Assembly: GCF_006345805.1 (NCBI RefSeq)
Contig: NC_042999.1
Coordinates: 124,434,001 to 124,498,000 of the forward strand
DNA length: 64,000 nt
Direction: 5' to 3'
Source: Octopus sinensis
Lineage: Eukaryota
Part shown: positions 25,561 through 38,145 of the stretch, in pieces
Numbering within the stretch: the stretch's first letter is position 1
Layout of the letters: every line of letters starts with the position of its first letter
Notes under the pieces: generated by a model
Seen by the model: only the letters and a program-made list of their open reading frames with translations
The model's database searches: none
Told to the model about the DNA's origin: nothing
Translations under genes and position numbers: made by a program

Positions 25561-25951
25561 TCCCCGAGCCGGTGGCACGTAAAAGCACCATCCGTTCGTG
25601 GCCATTGCCAGCCTCGCCTGGCCCCTGTGCCGGTGGCACGTAAAAAGCACCATCCGATCATGGCCATTGCCAGCCTCGCCTGGCCCCCGTGCCGGTGGCA
25701 CGTAAAAAGCACCATCCGTCCATGGCCGTTTGCCAGCTCCGTCTGGCACCTTTGCCGGTGGCACGTAAAAAGCACCCACTACACTCATGGAGTGGTTGGC
25801 GTTGGGAAGGGCATCCAGCCATAGAAACACTGCCAGATCAAACTGGGCCTGATGCAGCCTTCTGGCTTCACAGACCTCAGTTGAACCGTCCAACCCATGC
25901 TAGCATGGAAAGCGGACGCTAAATGATGATGATGATGATGATGATGATGAT
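25561..25951 (+). mobile_element. Young RTE 3'-UTR fragment with ~60-bp internal tandem repeats
   Basis: ccggtggcacgtaaaaagcacc units, CpG retained, (GAT)n tail. Confidence 0.9.
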
Positions 25952-26080
25952 ATAAAGTAAAAAACTAAGGAAAGGAATTCTTTCAAACGGGTGTGTAAAA
26001 CATCCGATTCACTGGTACATCAGTTGGATACCACATAAATATGGGTATAATGCAAATCACAAACAATAATATATATATAT

Positions 26081-26241
26081 AAGAGGCTTGTTATGTAAGG
26101 CCAGAACAATGCATGAAGGTGCAAAGTAAAGTAGAAAAGGAAAAGAAAACAAAGTAAAGTTGCATTTTACTTTTCTTTTTCCTTTTGTAGCTTCTTTTGT
26201 ACCTTCTTGCATTGTTCCAGCCTTACACAACGAATCTCTTT
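26081..26241. repeat. Imperfect hairpin / MITE
   Basis: aagaggcttgttatgtaaggccagaacaatgcatgaaggtgcaaa pairs with tttgtaccttcttgcattgttccagccttacacaacgaatctctt. Confidence 0.7.
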
Positions 26242-26296
26242 TAGAGTAATACCACACAATGCTTCACCAAAACTACTTTATTTTAATATATATATA

Positions 26297-26503
26297 CTTT
26301 ATTTAAAAGCAGCAGAAATTTAACAAAAGCTGTTACTCGAAGTTTCATGAGTAACAGTAAAACTGTCTGACGAATGTGAACATGAAACTCCAAGTAACAG
26401 CTTTTGTTAAATTTCTGCTGCTTTAAATAAAGCATATTACTCAACCTCTGGTATTGAATACTCTTTTTTCCACCTTGTTTCACATTTATGTGTTTACTCT
26501 GGT
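26297..26503 (+). mobile_element. PLE-type non-autonomous element with inverted 5' partial copy
   Basis: 26297-26349 is the reverse complement of ~26381-26431. Both ends abut (TA)n and it contains the HHR. Confidence 0.7.
26363..26400 (+). ncRNA. Intact minimal type I hammerhead ribozyme
   Basis: ctgt-CTGACGA-atg-tgaa-cat-GAAA-ct-cca-ag-TA-acag. All three helices and all core nucleotides are present. Predicted cleavage after GUA at 26396. Confidence 0.8.
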
Positions 26504-28651
26504 ATATATATATATATATATATATATCATCATCATCATCATCATCACCATCATCATTTAACATTCATTCTTCCATTTTGGCATGGGTTGGACAGTTTGA
26601 CAAGAACGGTTTAGCAAGAGGGCTCCATTAAGTTCTATGTCTGCTTTTCTGCTTTGGCATGATTTCTGCAGCATGGAAAATAGGCATTAAATGTTGGTCT
26701 TATAAATATATAATATATATATACACACACACACACATGCATATATATGATATTTCCTGATAGATGAAAATGTTATCAAAACTTCCTCTCTGATGTTAAT
26801 CAAATACATGTATGTCAAACACCAAATTAACAGAATTTGGCAAATCATGCTGTTGGAAAAATTTTTTATTGAGACAGGACTGTTTTCTTTCAGTCATGTA
26901 GGAATTTTATGATCGAGTATGAAACTGATTTCAATCTGATCAATGTTGTAGAATTTGAAAGCCATTGAACAAAAGAAGAAAGTGTAATTAGTTGTGAACC
27001 ATTATTTACTTGCCATTCAGAAGTGCAGAGGAATATTAAATGATTGGGTCATTAAGCACTTTAGTCACAGAAATGCTTTTCAAAAGAAAATTCTGAAATT
27101 GGAGATTGACCGTTGATTGTAATGAGAGGAAAATTACATCTTATAAGGATCAATTCCTGACCTAATCTACAAGATTATAGAGATTTTCAAACTTTCTTTC
27201 ATGGCCAAGAGGATTGCTCTATTTCAGCCTACAAAAACCAATAACTTTCGTAACATTAACCCCTTTATTTCTTTATTGCTTTTTTTTCCTCCCTTTCCTT
27301 CCATTCCATTTTCCTCTCTTTTGCTCCCTATAATCTTTCTATCAATTTATTTCTATCTGCTTTCCCTGTCACCATGCATTTTATCTCCTTATACTCAGGA
27401 AAGCTCTTCTGTTCCCAATATAATAGCTTCCATCTGTTGGTGGGGTGGGATAGGAGCTAGAAAGAGAAGCAACTTGATTGATTGTGTGCCACATAAGCCA
27501 GTATAGGATGAAGAATATTATACTGGCTTTGATGGCTGGCTGCATGTATAAATCATCTATAAGTGATTTGGTTGACTTTTAAGTACAATGTTGCTGATAG
27601 GAAGACTCTGGTCCAATAAAGATATTAACATTAACAATTTGCAAAGGTTAACAATGTAGTCTTGTATTCATACCAAAGTGCAGTCATGCTACAGAAAGAA
27701 AATACCAACACTAACAATGTTAATAGTGTACAATAATGGTTATTCTGTAGTTATTAACAAATTAGAATGACAACTATGCAACGGACATTTGCAATAGCTT
27801 ACAAAATACAGACTGATCCAAAAATCTATACAGAGCAGCTTATGTCTCTTTCTTTGCAAGGAATTAATCTACTTTTTATTACATTTTTTTTTATTACACA
27901 CTGGTCTAAAGAGGAAGAACAGTGTCCATAAGCATGTCAGGTTGTTTTTAGACTTGAGAATAAGGGTAAATGGAAGGGAGCAGCACAAATGATGTTTCAT
28001 TCAGATTATTGCAATATGTGATTAAAGAAAAACATACAGAGAAATATTGTTCTTTCAGAATATAGTTCTAAGAAAGATAACTGGTTAAAGGGTTTTGTAC
28101 AGAATCTAAAATGTGTAATTTTTTTTTTTTTCATCTTTTAGTTTTAGTCAGGAGAGAAGACAATACCTATGACACTTTACAAGGTTTTTGAGACTGATCA
28201 GAAGGAGAGAGAAGGGATCTTTGAATTGAAGTTCATGCTGAAATATTTTCAACAAAGTGAGCTCTACTAAAAGTACTCAAGATGTTAGATGATGGTATTA
28301 AACCAGGAAACAGATTAAGCTTACCGCTCAAATGAACAATGGTGCGATTTGAACTATGGTGGAATTTGAATTCAGAACACAAAGAGTCAGAATAAATATC
28401 ACAAGGCATCAAATCTGACATTCTTGTTTTGCCAATCCAGTACCCAAGATTGGTATGTTTTCTTTAACAAATCTGAAACAATGAAAGATAACTGACCTAA
28501 ATTTTTGACTCAGAGCACAGTGAATCAGATCAAATACTGCAAGATATTCTACCCAACATTTTAATAACTCAACCAATTATCGTTTTAATTAATATATTGG
28601 GATGACAGTAGGATAGAAGGTATAAATACAAAGCAAATATAACCCTTTTGT

Positions 28652-29057
28652 TACTCTTTACTCTTTTACTTGTTTCAGTCATTTAACTGTGGCCATGCTG
28701 GAGCACCGCCTTTAGTCGAGCAAATCGACCCCAGGACTTATTCTTTGTAACCCTAGTACTTATTCTATCGGTCTCTTTTGCTGACCACTAAGTTACAGGG
28801 ACGTAAACACACCAGCATCGGTTGTCAAGTGATGTTGGGGAGACAAACACAAACACATAAATACACACACACATACATACATAAATACATATATGACAGG
28901 CTTCTTTCAGTTTCCGTCTACCAAATCCACTCACAAAGCTTTGGTTGGCCCGAGACTATAGTAGAAGACACTTGCCCAAGGTGCCACGTGGTGGGAATGA
29001 ACCCGGGACCATGTGGTTGGTAAGCAAGCTACTTACCACACAGCCACTCCTGCACCC
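28652..29057 (-). mobile_element. SINE family A, full length
   Basis: Reverse complement of the family A consensus. Confidence 0.9.
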
Positions 29058-29989
29058 ATATTTCTATTGAAATACAGTCTTTGAAAATTATGAAGGATTT
29101 AGTAAAATAACCTTATCACTATAAAGCTAATGTTCAGAACATAAATTAACATGAAATTTTAACGGAAGGCTTTAATTAAGATCACTTTAAAACAGGAAGT
29201 TTGTATCATAGGACCAGGGGCAAAGATATAGCCATGTTTGGTTATACTGAGTGAATGGGAGAATCATTTTCTCCCAGACAATACATTATGTTTACCTGAT
29301 TCTTATTAAAGAACATCAATCTACAAAAGATTTATATATCCTTAAATTTTCTATTTGTGTGCATGTGCGAATTCATGATTTCTAATGACAAAAAAAACAA
29401 AAAAACTCGTATCTGTCCTCTAGGCACCAAATCAAGGTATTACTGGCGAGACTAGATGCAAGCCTCCTGGTTCAATGAAAGAAGAAGATTAAAGCCACAT
29501 CAGTTTATCATGAACAAATGTGTTTTTAATATTTGTGGATGGGAAAAAATTAATCAAAAATTATTTGGATATATTTTACTTTGTAACATTTTGAAAATTT
29601 TGATATCTATGCATTAAGTTGGCATAATTCGATCATTAATAAATCATATATCTGATACGTCTTTAAAAAGCATTTAACTATATGAAATAAAAAACGTACA
29701 TCTATCTAATCATACGAAATATAGGTGATGAGATGATCTGTAGTTAATTGGCATATAAGGACTGTTAGCTCAACGCACGAGAGAATTACTATTTCATTAA
29801 AGATTTGCTAAAGTAAAAACATTTGATATTTGAATAGGTGTTCATTAGCTCTCTTCTTCTTAACCTCATTTTTCAACCCCATTCCATCTGTGAAACTTAG
29901 AACTATGAGGAAAATGAAGATTAAAACTGAGAATTTTATTTATTTATTTATTTTTTTGTGTATATCAATGTGGCTGCTGGAGCTGTTAC

Positions 29990-30089
29990 TTCTGATGATG
30001 ATAATGATACTATTCATAACAGTGACAATAATGCTGTGATAACCATTAACATCATCAATATCTTCATCCTCGTCATCATCTTCCTCTTC

Positions 30090-30132
<43 letters not shown>

Positions 30133-30862
30133 ACATCACAGTTGTTTTTGTTATCAACATCAACAAAATCACTGGCAGCAGCTTTTTCATTGACATCATC
30201 ATCATTACCATTATCATCATTATGACCATGTCAACATCATCGTCATTGCTGTCATCATCATCGTCATTTTTTTCATACCTCTATTTTTCTTATACGATAT
30301 TATTTGATCTTGGTATTATGGACTACAGAAACACTCATTAGTTTAGCACTTCATCACCTACTCATTTTCTCACTCTAATTTTTTTTTCCTTTCTTTGTCT
30401 TTATCTTACCCATTCAGCTGCTGCCAGGTAAGCTGGGAAAATATGGTTCTATATATTTCCAGAAGAATTTCTTAGCATCTGTGTCAGAATATGAATTCCT
30501 AACTCTTCAGCTTAAAGGAAAATTTGATTTAAGTACAGCTGTTATAACACATTCACTTCATCATTGTTAATCAGCTCTTTTGCATGACTTTATCCTCATC
30601 ATACTTTTCATTACTGCTGCTGTTGTCATCATCATCAGCTGTGTTATAATGCCATTATTAAAATCATCTTTGTCATCATTATCATCGGCATCATCATCGT
30701 CGTCATCCTTATCCTTACCCATATCCCACCGTCAGTAGCAACATTATCAACACAAATCTTTATCATAATTTTATCTTTGGCCTCATCATTGTCATAATCA
30801 TCATCATTGTCATTGTCATCCTCCTCTTCTTCCTCTATCCCTATCATTAGTACTATCATCAT
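29990..30862. repeat. Two degenerate (CAT)n trinucleotide tracts (~29990-30265, ~30590-30862)
   Basis: Direct reading. They explain the poly-I/M/D ORFs. Confidence 0.9.
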
Positions 30863-31138
30863 GTGATTTAGTTATTTCAGTTGTCATTTTAGGACACTTC
30901 CTTTTCAGTTTTTTTAAGGCATAATTCTCAAATTTATGTATCAAACCACACTGTCATTATGATTTTAGAAAGGAAGACTAGCTATGACACTAAGCAAAAC
31001 TATAAGCACATCTATCTTACAAGTCTAGAAAACCAAACATCATAAGTACAATCCTTCTTATTTGAATTATATTATTTTACTTATTTCAGTCATTTGTTGG
31101 AACACTGCCTTTAGTCAAACAAATCAACTCCAGTACTT

Positions 31139-31530
31139 CATCATCATCATTATCGTTTAATGTCCGTTTTCCATGCTAGCATGGGTTGGACGATTTTGAC
31201 AGAGGGCTGGTGAACCAGATGGCTGCACCAGGCTCCAATCTTGATCTGGCAGAATTTCTGCAGCTGGATGCCCTTCCTAATGCCAACCACTCCGAGAGTG
31301 TAGAGGGTGCTTTTACGTGCTACCAGCATGAGGGCCAGTCAGGTGGTACTGGCAACGACCTTGCTCGAATCTTTTTACACATCCCACCAGCACAGGTGCC
31401 AGTAGGGCGACGCTGATAACGATCATGCTCAAATGATGCCTTTTACATGCCACCAGCACAGAAGCCAGTTAGCCGCTCTGGCAATGATCACGTTCAGATG
31501 GTGCTCTTAGCACCCTACTAACATGGGTGG
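31139..31530 (-). mobile_element. RTE 3'-UTR fragment
   Basis: Same family as 25561, 32143-32385 and 53675-53985. Confidence 0.85.
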
Positions 31531-31637
31531 AAGTAATAATGATCACATTTTGAATACAGCACCCAAGATCTGACTTTGAAAAACTACATATATTATGAAT
31601 GCAAGGTGGCAGGAGCTAACACAATTGGAAAATTATT

Positions 31638-31835
31638 GATTTCAAATTTTGGCACAAGGCCAAAATGTTTTGGGGGAGATGTAAATTGATTATATTAACC
31701 CTAGTATTCAACTGGTACTTACGTTATCAACCCTGAAAGGATGAAAGGCAAATTCAGTCTTGTTGGAATTTGAACTTTGAGCTTAAAAATGGAGAAAATA
31801 CTGTTAAGCATTTTGCCCAGTGGGCTAGCCAACTT
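31638..31835 (-). mobile_element. SINE family C (tRNA-derived, Meta-domain-like gcctttcatccttt..gataa..agtacc)
   Basis: Copies also at ~33395-33620, 33765-33920, 39938-40265 (two), 41280-41440, 41760-41947 and 42648-42832, mostly in (TAA)n. Confidence 0.8.
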
Positions 31836-32142
31836 GTTACTTTCAACTGGAAAATTATTACAAATTATCCATTGTAGGATTACAAGAATATCTTGTACAG
31901 AATCATGGAAAATTAATAGAGATAGCTATGAAACATGAACAAAAGCAAAAATTATTTTGTATCTTCAAGGAAGCTATCAAATACAAAATAGAGGTTGCAA
32001 TAATCAGTAAAAGAATTATTTATCCACCTATCTAGTGTTCAAACTCAGTCTTTCAGTTTGTTACAAAAATACACAATTATACATAATATACAAAACACAC
32101 AAACACACACACATATATACATACATATATGTGTATGCATAT

Positions 32143-32385
32143 CATCATCATCATCATTTAACGTCCGTTTTCCATGCTAGCATGGGTTGGACGGTTCAAC
32201 TGGGGTTGGGGAAGCCAGGAGGCTGCACCAGGCTCCAGTCTGATCTGGCTGTGTTTCTACAGCTGGATGCCCTTCCTAAATGCCAACCACTCCGTGAGTG
32301 TAGTGGGTGCTTTTTACGTCAAGGCGACGCTGGCATCAGCCACATTCAGATGGTGCTTTATACATGCCACCGGCACAGGTATCAC
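32143..32385 (-). mobile_element. RTE 3'-UTR fragment
   Basis: Family match with a (GAT)n tail. Confidence 0.85.
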
Positions 32386-32391
32386 AACTAC

Positions 32392-32423
<32 letters not shown>

Positions 32424-34402
32424 ATACACATGCATATACATATATATATATACATATGCATATGCATATATATATGCATATACATATATATATACACGTG
32501 CATATATATATATATATATATATGGATGTTTTGTATATTATGTATATGCTTGTGTGTATGTATTTGTGTATTTACATGCCTGTATGTATGTATGTATGTA
32601 TGCAAGTAGGTATGTATGTATGTATGTATGTATGTAGGTATGTAGGTAGGTAGGTAGGTAGGTAGGTAGGTAGGTAGGTAGGTAGGTATATGCATGTATG
32701 TTATATACTGAATTGCACTTAGTGCATTTAGTCACCTGCCTTTGTTGCCTAAAACTTTAAATTGAAAATTTAAAAAGATATGATACTTCATATCTAAAAA
32801 TATAGTTACAAAAAGCTTTTTGCTGTTTTTATTTTATTGGAAATAAGAAATTAATTTTGAAATGTTGCAGTGTCACATAGGTTTGATAAATGCCACCTGC
32901 TTACTATCAGTTTTAAGAGAGATGGCAGAAAAATAAATCATATATGTGTGAATGTGTGTGTGTGTACATCTATATATGTGTGTGTTTATGTGTGTGTGCA
33001 TGTATGTATGTATTATGTGTGTATGTATGTATGTATATGTATATGTGTATCTATGTATCTATGTGTTTGTGTGTGTATGTATATATGTATGTATGTGCGT
33101 GTATGTATGTGTATATATATATGTGTGCATATGTATGCATGTATGTATGTGTGTACGTACATATGTGTATGTATGTATGTATGTATGTATGTTTTCTACT
33201 GTTTTTAATTATATGAAGTTTTTCCTGTCAGGAAGGAACTGGTTTCTAGCAAAGATATGAAACTTCATCATAAGAAATGTAGATAACAAAGACAATGCCA
33301 TATTGTAACTTGCGTAAAGTCTTGCCTTTTGTTAATGTTCCAGAATTCTAATGATTCTGCCAGCTTGTTGCCTTAATGCATGAATTAATATTGGTTTCAC
33401 ATTTTGGCTCAAGGCCAGCAATTTCTGAAGATGAGCTAAGTTGATTACATTGAATCCCCTCCCCACCCCGTAGTGCACAATTGGAACTTATTTTATCAAT
33501 CCTGAAAGGATGAAAGGCGAAGTCAGCCTCGACAGAATTTGAACTCAGAATGTAAAGATGGAAGAAACGTTGCTAAGCATTTTGCTGGGTGTGCTAACAG
33601 TTCTTCCAACTTACCATCTTAATACATTGGAGCCATAAGGAGACAGAAACACACAGATACACACACTTATACACACATATATGACAAGCTTCTTTCAATT
33701 GCTTACATTGGGCCAAAACAACGAAGGAAAACATCATAGCCAGTTAAATCGACAAGTATTTCAATTTTAGGCACAAAGCCGGTAATGTTGGGGGGTGGAT
33801 AACTGATAATATTTACCAACCACTTCACTGGTACTTTAACCTGGAAGAATGAAAAGCAAAGGCAAAACTCAATTCAGAACACATACTGTAAGGTATTTCA
33901 GCAGACACTCAGATGACTCTAATCAGCCGCAATAATAATAATGTTGATAATAATAATAATAATAATTATTATTATTATTATTTTTATTATTATCCACTCA
34001 CAAGGCTTTGGGTTGTATGAGGCCATAGTAGAAGGCACTTTTCCAAGGTGCCTTGCAGTGATACTGAAACTGAAACCATATGGTTGGAAAGCAAACAGTA
34101 GCATTGTGTGTAATAAGATGTAGGTACCTTAGCTTTATAACAGATATTTTTAAGAGAGAAATGAACATTTAGCCTAGCTAGTTTCAGTCCTGTAATGGAC
34201 CTTATCAGTGATGAGCAACTTCTTCAAATGCTTACTGTGACACTGATAATAAGCCCAATATTACCAAGGACTTGCGAAGGTGCATAGCCTAGTGGTGAGG
34301 GTATCTGGATCATGAATGTAAGGTCGTCAGTTTGATTCCCAGCATTGCGTTGTATCCTTGAGAAAGACTCTTTATTTCATGTTGCTCCAACTGGTAAAAA
34401 TG

Positions 34403-34812
34403 AGGTGTAGGAGTGGCTGTGTGGTAAGTAGCTCGCTTATGGACCACATGGTTCAGGGTTCAGTCCCACTGTGTGGCACCTTGGGCAAGTGTCTTCTACT
34501 ATAGCCTCGGGCCGACCAAAGCCTTGTGAGTGGATTCAGTAGACGTAAACTGAAAGAAGACCGTCATATATATATATATATATATTATGTATGTGTATGT
34601 GTTTGTGTGTCTGTGTTTGTCCCCCCAGCATCGCTTGACAACCGATGCTGGTGTGTTTACGTCCCCGTAACTTAGCAGTTCGGCAAAAGCGACCGATAGA
34701 ATAAGTACTAGGCTTACAAAGAATAAGTCCTGGGGTCGATTTGCTCGACTAAAGTCGGTACTCCAGCACAGCCACGATCAAATGACTGAAACAAGTAAAA
34801 GAGTAAAAGAGA
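34403..34812 (+). mobile_element. SINE family A, full length, directly following a family D SINE fragment
   Basis: Consensus match. It is preceded by a family D head at 34275-34400. Confidence 0.9.
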
Positions 34813-35364
34813 GTGTCTGCATTTTAAAGGTACGGCCCTTTTATATTTTCTGTCATGCTGAATCTCCCTGAGAACTGCATTAAGGGTATGCATGTCTGTG
34901 GCATGCTCAGCCACTTGCATGTTTATTTCACGAGTATCCTGTTCCATTGATTGGATCAACTGGAACCCTTATCATCATAACCAACAGAGTACCACCAAGG
35001 ACTTATTAAAATCTGATAGACTGATTTGCATATTTTAATACCTAATTGGCTAATTAGTTCAATTACAAAATTACTTGTGCATTAACAGTGTACTTTAAAA
35101 TATATCTATAGATTTTAGCCAACACTGTATGTAACAGGCAGATGTAAACATCTTGAAGATGTTGTATATAAAGAAAAAGTATTTACATCTATCTTTATGT
35201 CTGAATCCTCAGCCTTTCAACCTGTTGGCTGAAGACTGAGAAGTGACATAAATAACCACATCTGATGAATCTCAGAATTCCAGCTGACCAAATCAAATAA
35301 ATTATTTATGTTCTCCTCCTGTGGTATTGAATATCTGTCTGCCATTCCTTACCATTAACTACAT

Positions 35365-35632
35365 ATATTTGTATGTGTGTATGTGTGTGTGTGTATACAT
35401 ACATATGCACATATATGGATATTCATAAATATGTATCTATATATATATATGCATACATGTATTTACATGTATACATACATATGCACACACATATAAGCCT
35501 ATATATTTATATAACAATTGTAAATGTATGTATGTATATATATACATTCATACACAAACACACACATATATATAGATAAACATATATACACATATATGTT
35601 TGTGTGTGTTTTTATGTACATAGATATATGTA

Positions 35633-35699
<67 letters not shown>

Positions 35700-35790
35700 G
35701 TATATATATATGTATATATACATATATATATATATGTATATGTATATATAGGATATATGTATATATGTATATATATATGTATATGTATAT

Positions 35791-35822
<32 letters not shown>

Positions 35823-36030
35823 GTATGTATGTATGTATATATATATATATAAACAGAGATAGATAGATTGATAGATAAACACAAATACGCATGTATGTAC
35901 ATGTATATATATATATATATATTCACACACATATATATACATGAACATTCACACACACCCACATACACACATGGTAATATACAGATAAATGTATATATGT
36001 TTGTAACTGTGTGTGCGTGTATGTGTGATG
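35365..36030. repeat. Long compound (TA)n/(TATG)n microsatellite
   Basis: Direct reading. Confidence 0.95.
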
Positions 36031-36669
36031 GGTGCTCTTACAGAAATAGATGCTTTGTGAGAGTCACTCCAAGCAACCATGACTATGACAATCCTTTTTA
36101 TTAATAACCATTGAATGTCATTATGTGCTGAGGCTATGTGTCACTTGCTCTTATGGCATATGTGTATCTTAACACAACTTTAGTTATAAATAAAACAAAA
36201 AGAAACCATTTTACAGATACTACCTACACTTTGTTGGCAGCTGTTGCTATTGTTGTTTGTGTTGTTGCTGCTGCTGCTGCTGGAGATGGTGGTGATAGTA
36301 GTGGTGGTGGTGGTGGTGATGGTAGTGGTGGTGGTGGTGGTGGTGGTGGGAATGAACTAGCATGTTACATATTACAAACTCTCTTCAGTTAGTAATCTTA
36401 CAGTAGCTTATTGGTGTAACTACTACTCTACAGGGTCTTTGGGCTAAAGTTGATGGTATTTCATGGATCCTTTTTTCAGGAACAGCTTCACTTATTGGTG
36501 AACAATCAATGACATTGGAGATGTGGAGTTGTGTGGCTTAGTGGTTAGAAGGTGTTGGACTCATGATCATAAGATCATGGTTTCAATTCCTGGACCAGGT
36601 GATGTGTTGTGTTCTTGAGTAAAACAATTCATTTCACGTTGCTCCGGTCCACTCAGCTAGCAAAAGTGT

Positions 36670-37150
36670 GTAGTTAGTTAATTTTTTGGCTCAAAAAGCA
36701 AAAAGCAAGGCCATGTAGGGGGACATGGAGTTATGTACAGGGTGGTGTTCATGTAAAGAGTTCAGGCAACTTGTGGTCAAGAGAGACTTTGAACCGAGCG
36801 GTCGTCGGCATCTTCACCATCTCGTCCGGCAGCTTATTCCACGGATCTGCAACCTGGACGGAGAAAGCCCCTCTCCTTTGATTGAGATGAAATCGTTGCA
36901 GATAGGGCTTTTCGGAATGACCCCGCAGCCGACGCTCTGGAGCAGGAGTGAAGAACAGCTCTTTCGAGAGGTTATACTTTCCGCTTATGGTGTTGTGAGC
37001 AAGAATGAGATCACCACAGCATCGTCGTTTTTCTAGAGAATAAAGGTCAAGTGTCTTCAGCCTTTCTTCATAAGACAAATTCTTGAGACCAAGAACCATG
37101 CGGGTAGCCAGCTTCTGGACTATTTTGAGATGCTGTATGTCTTTGAGGAG
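36670..37150 (-). mobile_element. CR1-clade LINE 3' end
   Basis: KDIQHLKIVQKLATRMVLGLKNLSYEERLKTLDLYSLEKRR..GDLI...RLRGH...FS..VADPWNKLP...FKVSLD is a typical CR1 ORF2 C-terminus. Confidence 0.9.
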
Positions 37151-37544
37151 TAATACTGTGAACGACTGGTGTGCTGTCCAGGTGGGGAACTTATATGTCA
37201 TGGAAACTGAGAAGCCAACCCTTATAAGCTGGCAAGACTCAAGAAGATAACTTTACCTAATAGCAGTGGAAGCATAACGATTAAAGTTTTACTTGAGAAA
37301 AAATGTTAACTGATATGGACGGCTTAAAGCTACCTGAATATTGGGAAAGAGTTTTCTGCGTTATGGTGATTTGTGTCAGGTATGAAAATGTCAACATCAT
37401 GACTTCTTCTCAAAGCTCTGTGAATACTGTAAAGGCTGTAAGACATGATATGGACAGCTACAACAGAGACTATGAAGCCAGGGCAGCAGTAAGTTCTAAT
37501 TGTGTCTACATACCAGAGTTTATTCCTACATCTATGAACAGCAC

Positions 37545-37783
37545 ATTAGGCTCAATTCTGATAACTATGTGAAGCTTCTGGAAACTGTGGTCAAATCCTG
37601 GTTGGAGAGGGTCGCTGCTGAACGGCTGTATGTATGGCAGTAGGAATTGGTTCCTTGCCATACCTTCAAAAAGTGTCAGGAATGGTTTTTGGAGAATTTC
37701 CACAACTTCACCAGTCTTAATTTCTGGCCTTCTAATTTTCCCTCTTGTAACCATGTAGATTATTATGTGTGGGACACAGCATA
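37545..37783 (+). pseudogene. Tc1/mariner-family transposase catalytic-domain relic
   Basis: YVKLLETVVKSWLERVAAERLYVWQ*ELVPCHTFKKCQEWFLENFHNFTSLNFWPSNFPSCNHVDYYVW resembles QQDxAPxHT...WPPxSPDxNPxDYxxW. Confidence 0.8.
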
Positions 37784-37849
37784 AACTTGTTAATGTCTTT
37801 TGATTTTTCAGTTCTATATTTAAGAGATGAGGAATTATGTACATCATTT

Positions 37850-37997
37850 ACGCTATTTACATTTGACGGATATTTGTCCTCATCTTGTTTGTTGTTAACA
37901 TAATGTTTCAGCCAATATATCCTCCAGCCTTCATCAGGTGTCTTGGGGAAATTTCAAACCTGGCTCCTCATTCCTAAGGTATTTTTCGATGTTGTTG

Positions 37998-38032
<35 letters not shown>

Positions 38033-38145
38033 TTTATTATCATCATTATTATTATTATTATTCAAGTCACTGCCTGGAACTGAACTCAGAACCTTGGGAT
38101 TAGTATCCCGCACTCTTAACCACTATGCCATATGCCCACGGGCAT
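37850..38145 (-). mobile_element. tRNA-headed, hammerhead-tailed non-autonomous element, copy 2
   Basis: On the - strand: atgcccgtgggcat hairpin, A box tggcatagtgg, B-box-like gagttcagttcc, (AAT)n/(AAC)n linker, then gacac-CTGATGA-a-ggctgg-aggatata-ttggct-GAAA-cat-t-atgtt (37897-37942). Confidence 0.75.

Noticed and set aside
34172-34212. Minus-strand CTGATAA-ggtcc-attaca-ggact-GAAAC as a functional ribozyme
   Set aside because: Core G8 and the cleavage site are mutated. Counted only as a relic.
35224-35286. CTGAAGA...hairpin as a hammerhead
   Set aside because: Stems I and II can be drawn, but GAAA and stem III are absent.
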